The position numbers were made by a program, and so were the translations under genes. Source: a virus (taxonomy: Duplodnaviria > Caudoviricetes). From it: DNA of 64,000 nucleotides. A model generated the notes under the pieces. That model saw only the letters and a program-made list of their open reading frames with translations. It was not told where the DNA came from and made no database searches. The stretch is from the IMG/VR virus record IMGVR_UViG_3300032319_001025, positions 1 through 64,000 of that record; one strand, 5' to 3'. Of the stretch, positions 58,198 to 64,000 are shown piece by piece; the stretch's first letter is position 1, and every line of letters starts with the position of its first letter.

Positions 58198-59349
58198 TTA
58201 TATTTTTAATTTTATTATCTTTTCCCATGGAAAATTTTTTGGCACAAACGGTCCCCATGCAGCCGCAGATTTATAAGTCCACTCCCTGTTGGGGTTTGTC
58301 ATATCAAATTTTTTAATAATTTCTGATGGTTTTAATGGAAAATTAGCTTTAATAACATTAATTAAATTAACGTTATTGTTTTTTTGTGTTCCAAATGTAT
58401 CTACTGATATAGATACAGGCTCTTCGTAACCCATAATATATGAATATTGAATCAAAGCTTTACTACAAAGACCGTTTGCCACTAAATTTTTTGCCGCATA
58501 TCTGGCAGCATATGCACCTGTTCTATCTAGTTTTGTAGCATCTTTTCCAGAAAATGCACCGCCGCCATGAGAACCGTGTCCACCGTAGGTGTCCGAAATT
58601 ATTTTTCTACCAGTCACGCCGCAGTCAGCTTCAGGTCCACCAAGACAAAATATGCCATCGGGTGGATTTACTGTAATAATAGTGTTTTTATTAAGTTTAA
58701 ATTCTTTAACAAAAACTTCTGGAAATATTTTTTTGTGAAGAAAATTTAACAATTTTTCTGGATTTTGTGATAAATCCCATATTGAAACGGACACATGCTC
58801 TATACCCGCGTAATTGCCGTCATTGTCGTATTTTATTGTAACTTGAGTTTTTCCGTCGGGCATTAAATTTTTTAATTCTTTCCAGTAAACAGAATAATAA
58901 AGCCTATTTGAAAGTTCTTTTGCAAGCATGTGAGATGCGGGAACAAAAAAAGATGTTTCGTCGGTTGCATAACCAAAAACCGTTCCTTGGTCACCTGCTT
59001 TAATAGATTCCTGGTCATTTCCAACACTTTTATTAATTTGTTCTGATTGATTATTAATTATTTTAATTATGTTTAAATTATTAGGTTTAAAACTTGTTGG
59101 ATTAGAGTTGTCGTATCCAATATCATAAATGGTATCTTTAACAATTTCTTCCAAGTTTAATTCATCTAAAGATACTCCAGATATTTCTCCTGCCAGTACA
59201 ACGTTATTATTTTTAACTAAAGTTTCTACTGCGACTCTAGCATTTTTATTAAAAATTAAACATTTATCTAATATTGCATCAGATATTTGATCCGCAATTT
59301 TATCTGGATGACCTGGTAAAACACTTTCTGATGTAAAATACTTGCTCAT
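58198..59349 (-). CDS. metK: S-adenosylmethionine synthetase
   Basis: FTSESV.GHPDK, AGDQG, PDGKTQVT, TGRKII.DTYGG and HGGGAFSGKD motifs. Confidence 0.96.
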   Translation of the reverse strand: MSKYFTSESVLPGHPDKIADQISDAILDKCLIFNKNARVAVETLVKNNNVVLAGEISGVSLDELNLEEIVKDTIYDIGYDNSNPTSFKPNNLNIIKIINNQSEQINKSVGNDQESIKAGDQGTVFGYATDETSFFVPASHMLAKELSNRLYYSVYWKELKNLMPDGKTQVTIKYDNDGNYAGIEHVSVSIWDLSQNPEKLLNFLHKKIFPEVFVKEFKLNKNTIITVNPPDGIFCLGGPEADCGVTGRKIISDTYGGHGSHGGGAFSGKDATKLDRTGAYAARYAAKNLVANGLCSKALIQYSYIMGYEEPVSISVDTFGTQKNNNVNLINVIKANFPLKPSEIIKKFDMTNPNREWTYKSAAAWGPFVPKNFPWEKIIKLKI

Positions 59350-59351
59350 TT

Positions 59352-59993
59352 TTACTCCATTATTGAAATACAGGTTCCTTTATTGCCAAATTTCTTCTTA
59401 AATTCATCAATTTGCTGTTTTGTTGGATTAAAAATTGCAAGAGAACTTGGGAACGGTGCAAAATCTTTAGCCCCTTGAAATTTTAACCTGCCCTTAAAAT
59501 TAAAAATAATTGTAGATTTTGGAAAAATTACTTCTTGCCAAAGTTTTGTTTCTGTTCTAGATGGCACCAAAGCAACAGCGGGTATATTATGTTTCAAACT
59601 TTCATTGGCGACCTTTTCAACTAATTTATAACATATTTTACTGGGAGAATAGGGTGGATTAATGTATAATGCCGATTCTTGTTTAGCATCCCAGTTTTCA
59701 CCCATTTCTTTTGAAACGAATTTTTTGCATAAAGTATCTTTTTTAGTAGCTGCGCAATCTAATGAAAAATTAAAAATTGAATTTAATTCATTAAACAGTT
59801 CAATCGGGGTTCCCCATGAATCATTTTTTTTGGAAAAGTGTATTCTTAGCTTTAGGTTTTTTACAAATGCATCTTTCCAAGTAAAACCGTTTTTTTCTAA
59901 TAAATCAGTAGCTTCCAATAATCTTTTTTTGGCTTCTTCTGGATTAGAAGAGCTAGCAACATTTAAGAGTTCAATAAGTTTAGATGAAAGCAT
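59352..59993 (-). CDS. Phage DNA N6-adenine methyltransferase (Dam-like) with short N-terminal helical domain
   Basis: WGTP, LDCAA, NPPY, PSRTET, GRLKF and APFPS motifs; likely start MLSSKL at 59993. Confidence 0.85.
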   Translation of the reverse strand: MLSSKLIELLNVASSSNPEEAKKRLLEATDLLEKNGFTWKDAFVKNLKLRIHFSKKNDSWGTPIELFNELNSIFNFSLDCAATKKDTLCKKFVSKEMGENWDAKQESALYINPPYSPSKICYKLVEKVANESLKHNIPAVALVPSRTETKLWQEVIFPKSTIIFNFKGRLKFQGAKDFAPFPSSLAIFNPTKQQIDEFKKKFGNKGTCISIME

Positions 59994-59994
59994 T

Positions 59995-60351
59995 TTATCT
60001 CCTATCGCCGCCCCATCTTGGGTTACCCATCCATTTTTCAACATGCAGATCGTCATAATACCAATTTGGCTTAGACATTGCATAGTCTACGTATTTGGTT
60101 AATCCAAGAGATTTAACCACCGATTCAGCCCATTTATGTCCTGCAGCAGACCAAACTATAATAATTTGGCCTTGCCTTTTATGTCTTTTAATCGCCTCTA
60201 CATTAAAATCTATTACGCAAACATCTGTTTTAAAACCATAACAATCTATAACAGCTTTTGTTTTATATTTGCTTTTCTGTTCAGGATCTTGGCTTATTAA
60301 TGTATCGTCAACATCAAAGCATACAACTTTATCAGAATTTATGGTTTTCAT
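59995..60351 (-). CDS. HAD-superfamily phosphatase
   Basis: FDVDDTL, WSAAG and KP..YYDD motifs. Confidence 0.8.
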   Translation of the reverse strand: MKTINSDKVVCFDVDDTLISQDPEQKSKYKTKAVIDCYGFKTDVCVIDFNVEAIKRHKRQGQIIIVWSAAGHKWAESVVKSLGLTKYVDYAMSKPNWYYDDLHVEKWMGNPRWGGDRR

Positions 60352-61487
60352 TAGAACACCAAATAAATAAAATCTACTGACAATTCTTTTGCTACGCCAG
60401 AAGAAAGAGATAAATTACCAGATGGTTTATAAATTGGTTTGACATTTTTAATCATTTTTGATGACTTCCTTAAAGGTGGACACAAAGTAACCGTGGCAAA
60501 AATTTTATTATCTTTAATAGATAAAAAGGCATCACCAATTTGTGTATCATCGTTTTTTTCTTTAACATATGGAAAAATTTTAACTGGATTACTAAAAAAT
60601 ACTTTAAAATCGTCTTTTCCCTCAGATGTTTTCTTTCTTCTGATATTGCTTAAATCTAACAAAAGAATCTCAGTTTTTTCTAAATTTGGTTTTTTGCTAG
60701 ATTTGCTTTTTTGTTCACCCTCATTTGAGTTTTCAAAGGTTTCAGCTTGCTTTTGTTTTGTTGCATTTTTAATTAATATATCTCTATTTTTTTCACTTAA
60801 ACTATCAATATGTTTACCAATTAAATCTGTGGCAACTTTTGGAATTAAACCTCTAAAAATTTCTTTAACTTGAGTTTCAGATAAACCGTTTAAATTTGTT
60901 AGAATTAAATTTTGAACGTTTTGATCAAGGCCGTGCAAATGTGAAAGGCAGTATAGAATATCGTATTTATGTTGATTACTTAAATGGTCTAGATACTTTA
61001 TTATTACTTTTTGAACATCAATGTTAGAACCATGATGGACGGTTAAATCTGTCAGTAAATAATATTTGTTTTCTGGATTTAAAGTATAGATATGTTTTCC
61101 AATCAATTCTCTAATTGTTTTTATGTCGCCATGATGAAAAGCAAAATCTCTTAATGTCCAGATTTTGTCTTCTTCGGGAAGTTTGTTTACATATTTATCT
61201 AGTAAATTTAAAGTTTTCGGATCTTCGCCGTAGCTGTCCATTAAACTATCCAAAACGTAACCTCTAGCAACTTCATCAAGTTCTTCTAATCTTTTAATAA
61301 TAACATTTTGAGCTTCTGGTTCATTACCATGCTTTTTAACTAATTCAAAAGTGGATTTTGGATATCTTGAATCTGCAAGATCTAAAGAAACTTGCGATTT
61401 GACTTCTTTAATTTCTTTATTTTCAGAAGGCTTAGCTTTGGGTTTTGATTTTAAACCTAATTTGGACAAAAGCTTTAGAATTTTCAT
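60351..61487 (-). CDS. Helical-repeat hypothetical protein
   Basis: About 37-aa degenerate repeats (HG....Q.VI.K.L..L). Confidence 0.6.
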   Translation of the reverse strand: MKILKLLSKLGLKSKPKAKPSENKEIKEVKSQVSLDLADSRYPKSTFELVKKHGNEPEAQNVIIKRLEELDEVARGYVLDSLMDSYGEDPKTLNLLDKYVNKLPEEDKIWTLRDFAFHHGDIKTIRELIGKHIYTLNPENKYYLLTDLTVHHGSNIDVQKVIIKYLDHLSNQHKYDILYCLSHLHGLDQNVQNLILTNLNGLSETQVKEIFRGLIPKVATDLIGKHIDSLSEKNRDILIKNATKQKQAETFENSNEGEQKSKSSKKPNLEKTEILLLDLSNIRRKKTSEGKDDFKVFFSNPVKIFPYVKEKNDDTQIGDAFLSIKDNKIFATVTLCPPLRKSSKMIKNVKPIYKPSGNLSLSSGVAKELSVDFIYLVF

Positions 61488-61542
61488 TTTTTTTAACCTC
61501 ATTTTAAAATTATCCCATGAAATAAAAAATAATTCAATATCG

Positions 61543-61911
61543 CTATTTTTTTACGCTAAAACCAGGTTCTATTTTGTTTCCGATTAAATACCGCTCCAGC
61601 GCTGAAAACAAAAGATAATCCCTCATATACTCTTGCGATTCTTTGTCTACACCTTTCTGAAGAAAAATATCGTGCGCTATTGTTCTTATTTTTAAAAAAT
61701 CGTGCCTGTCTAGGCTTTTCTTTGCTGGTTTATCTTTACCGCTATTTTCTAAAGTTAGAATGTAAATCCAATCATTTGTAGAATGATCGTAAAAAGTAAG
61801 AGTATTTAAATTAATTAAAGTGACTTCGCCTTTTTGAGCCATATCCCAATCTTCTTTGCGAAGATCTTTCAGCTTTTTAGTTCTGTTTTTGGCCACTACA
61901 AGATAACTCAT
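61543..61911 (-). CDS. Hypothetical protein
   Basis: GAGG RBS. Confidence 0.6.
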   Translation of the reverse strand: MSYLVVAKNRTKKLKDLRKEDWDMAQKGEVTLINLNTLTFYDHSTNDWIYILTLENSGKDKPAKKSLDRHDFLKIRTIAHDIFLQKGVDKESQEYMRDYLLFSALERYLIGNKIEPGFSVKK

Positions 61912-62198
61912 TTAAACCTCTTTAACCATTTTAGACCATTATCAATTAAAAATTGTTTATATGGTTTGTTGTATTTTTTTGCTGTCTGATAAAGTTTAAA
62001 ATCAGAATATGGCACGTAAATTCTAATTTGTTTTTTAATCATAACAACAACTTAATTGATTATTTATTAATTTGTTTTATTATAAATCGGTAAATTAAAA
62101 AAATCCATGTTTATTTTTACTTTTATTAGAAAGAAATTTTGTTGAACAATGGTTTAAAAAATGATAATTTATACCCAATACAGATATTGGAGGATTAA

Positions 62199-62624
62199 AT
62201 GGATAAAAACGAAGCAAAATCAAAAGTACGTAATATTAAACGTTATCCTAATCGCAAGCTGTATGATATTGAGCTTTCATCTTATATAACTCTTGATAAA
62301 GTTGAAGAACTTGTAAAACAAGGGTATGATGTTAAAGTTATTAATAATTCTGATCAAAAAGATATTACTGCAGACACTTTAATTCAGTTGATTTTTGAAA
62401 AACAAAAAAAATCTAAAAATACACCCTCAGTTGATACACTGAAAAAAATTATAATGCAGGGGGATGGTGGTTTTGTTAAAGCTGTTTCGGGAGAAGTTAG
62501 CGACAGACAAGCTGCTGTTAGCGCAGAAGCAAGTGCTCGTTCTGCTGCTGAAGGTGTTTTAACTTCTGCTGTTTCGGGGGAACTACGCGTAAAACAAGAC
62601 ATTTTTAATATGGATGAGTTTTAA
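62199..62624 (+). CDS. PhaR-like (PHB accumulation regulator) DNA-binding protein with fibre-repeat insertion
   Basis: IKRYPNRKLYD..SSYITL...DIT..L.QLIFE; the C-terminus contains EVSDRQAAVSAEASAR. Confidence 0.85.
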   Translation: MDKNEAKSKVRNIKRYPNRKLYDIELSSYITLDKVEELVKQGYDVKVINNSDQKDITADTLIQLIFEKQKKSKNTPSVDTLKKIIMQGDGGFVKAVSGEVSDRQAAVSAEASARSAAEGVLTSAVSGELRVKQDIFNMDEF

Positions 62625-62871
62625 TATGTACAGAGTATACATGGCTGGTAAAAATCAATTTTCATTAATTGATACAAAAGAAAACGAATATTTATTAAAA
62701 AGCGTTAGTTTCAATGATTTGTATAAATATTTGTATATTACAAAATCTTTTTCAAAGGATGAATTAATTAAGGGTTTTGATGGTTTACTGGATAATAGTC
62801 ATAATACCATAGAATTTGGAAATATGGGTACATTTTTGTACACAAAATTTACAGATTTTTACGACGTATGA
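62614..62871 (+). CDS. Hypothetical protein
   Basis: Operonic ORF. Confidence 0.55.
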   Translation: MSFNMYRVYMAGKNQFSLIDTKENEYLLKSVSFNDLYKYLYITKSFSKDELIKGFDGLLDNSHNTIEFGNMGTFLYTKFTDFYDV

Positions 62872-62880
62872 CTTAATCTT
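62871..62880 (+). promoter_or_regulatory. Putative late promoter ACTTAATCTT
   Basis: Upstream of ATG 62906. Confidence 0.65.
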
Positions 62881-62905
62881 TTATGGGTATTATTTTTGTG
62901 CCCAT

Positions 62906-63514
62906 ATGAAACTAGATTTATCAAGCTTAAGAACGCTATCTGAGACTTTTTCTTTTACTATACTTTTGCTTTTTATGATTTATGAAAAAGTAAAAGACCG
63001 CATAAAAGTCAAAGAATACAATAACCTAACCCTTTTTCTTAAAAAAAACGAACAAATTCAAGAAAAATTAACAGAGGTTAGGGTTGTTTTAGGAGCCGAC
63101 AGGGTTAAGCTTTTTCAGTTTCATAACGGTGACCATTATATTAATGGAGATTCTGCGTTAAAATGCTCTATAACGCATTTATCGCTAAAGGCAGGGGTAT
63201 CATACCCCCAAAACGCTTTATCGTGCTACAGTAACATTATAATCAGTAGTTTAGCCCAATATATACCACCTGTAATCAAAGATAACGACTTTTTTAGTAA
63301 AGTTGATGATTTGCAAGACGATGACTGGAAAAAAATTAAAGCTTTAAACGGAACAAAGACAGTTTTAATAAAGCGTGTAGGTTCTGAACCACATATCGGT
63401 GGATTTGTAATGATTACTTGGCATGACGAAGTTAGCAAGCCAAATTCCGAACAAATTCATGTAATTGAAAAAACTTTAGATTCTTTATCGTTGATTTTAA
63501 GATCTAGAAAGTAG
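62906..63514 (+). CDS. Putative T4-type holin (TM plus GAF-like domain)
   Basis: One N-terminal TM followed by GADRVKLFQFHNG; late motif upstream. Confidence 0.5.
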   Translation: MKLDLSSLRTLSETFSFTILLLFMIYEKVKDRIKVKEYNNLTLFLKKNEQIQEKLTEVRVVLGADRVKLFQFHNGDHYINGDSALKCSITHLSLKAGVSYPQNALSCYSNIIISSLAQYIPPVIKDNDFFSKVDDLQDDDWKKIKALNGTKTVLIKRVGSEPHIGGFVMITWHDEVSKPNSEQIHVIEKTLDSLSLILRSRK

Positions 63515-63520
63515 GTAAAA

Positions 63521-63751
63521 ATGTTACCAATTTTTAAATGCAGAAGGTCTATGGTAGCTATCTTTGCTATAGCGTGCCTGTTTACTTTGGGTTTTTTTAA
63601 AGGTGTCATGGTTGCGGAAGCTATAGCTACTGTAGCTTTAGGTGTTGCTGGAGCAAATTCAGCGGAAGGTATCTTTAGTAAAAAGCCTAATCAAGAAAAA
63701 GAAGTTAAAAAGCTTGCTGAAGAAAACCAAAAACCAACTAAAAAATCTTAG
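63521..63751 (+). CDS. Small two-TM holin-like protein
   Basis: Two hydrophobic segments and a basic C-terminal tail. Confidence 0.5.
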   Translation: MLPIFKCRRSMVAIFAIACLFTLGFFKGVMVAEAIATVALGVAGANSAEGIFSKKPNQEKEVKKLAEENQKPTKKS

Positions 63752-64000
63752 TTTTTAGCCTTTGCCTTTTTCTTTTTCCTGCTAATCTTTTCCTGACTGA
63801 CTTCTTCTTGTTTTGAAAATTCTTTATTTAAAACAATAACTTTATTAAAGTCTTGCTCAACTTGTCTTACAGATACGGTTTCATAAGCATGCAGTTCTAC
63901 TATTGGTATTTCTGGTTGAATTTCAAGTGCTTGCGAGTTAGTGTTAAAAACATATATAACTATAGCTTCATCTTTAAAATAAACGCCAGAAAGAACAAGC
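63748..64000 (-). CDS. 3' end of a gene starting outside the window
   Basis: Open frame ...AIVIYVFNTNSQALEIQPEIPIVEL...KAKAKN*; weakly dUTPase-like. Confidence 0.45.
   Translation of the reverse strand, partial: LVLSGVYFKDEAIVIYVFNTNSQALEIQPEIPIVELHAYETVSVRQVEQDFNKVIVLNKEFSKQEEVSQEKISRKKKKAKAKN

Noticed and set aside
830-59349. Bacterial chromosome origin suggested by ftsH, dnaJ and metK
   Set aside because: These genes are scattered among virion genes and small phage ORFs without their usual bacterial neighbours.
1-64000. Genome-wide TAG recoding
   Set aside because: Long genes are intact in the standard code, and TAG ends several genes at sensible points (22942, 35582, 52480, 55716, 56490, 63514). 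I saw only one internal TAG.
1-64000. tRNA, rRNA or transposase genes
   Set aside because: None recognisable by eye; intergenic gaps are short and AT-rich. A tRNAscan/Infernal run would be needed to exclude them formally.

Overview
This is an AT-rich window of a large tailed (myovirus-type, probably jumbo) phage genome in the standard genetic code. Minus-strand flanks (about 1-5.4 kb and 57.2-62 kb) carry early/middle or host-like genes: FtsH, a ClpP-like lipoprotein, DUF932, MetK, a phage Dam and a HAD phosphatase. Three left-flank operons sit behind an identical 22-bp sigma54-type promoter. The plus strand is mostly a late module marked by a recurring WCTTAATCTW motif: five fibre genes (5.6-20.2 kb), putative neck/tail-completion genes, tail sheath (48.1-51.0 kb), tail tube (56.7-57.1 kb) and putative holins. 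The main feature is a set of about 10 modular 'polyvalent' proteins interleaved among the neck genes (24.7-47.8 kb). They carry GNAT, Nudix, ADP-ribosyltransferase-like, HExxH peptidase, lytic transglycosylase, PcfJ-like, SAM-lyase-like and mCpol (GGDD) domains, joined by a recurring K-[S/A/G/T/N]-E / L-x-K-[S/A/G] linker. My inference is a capsid-packaged, protease-matured effector set that includes an active and a catalytically degenerate mCpol. All family assignments come from motifs recognised by eye; no searches were run.
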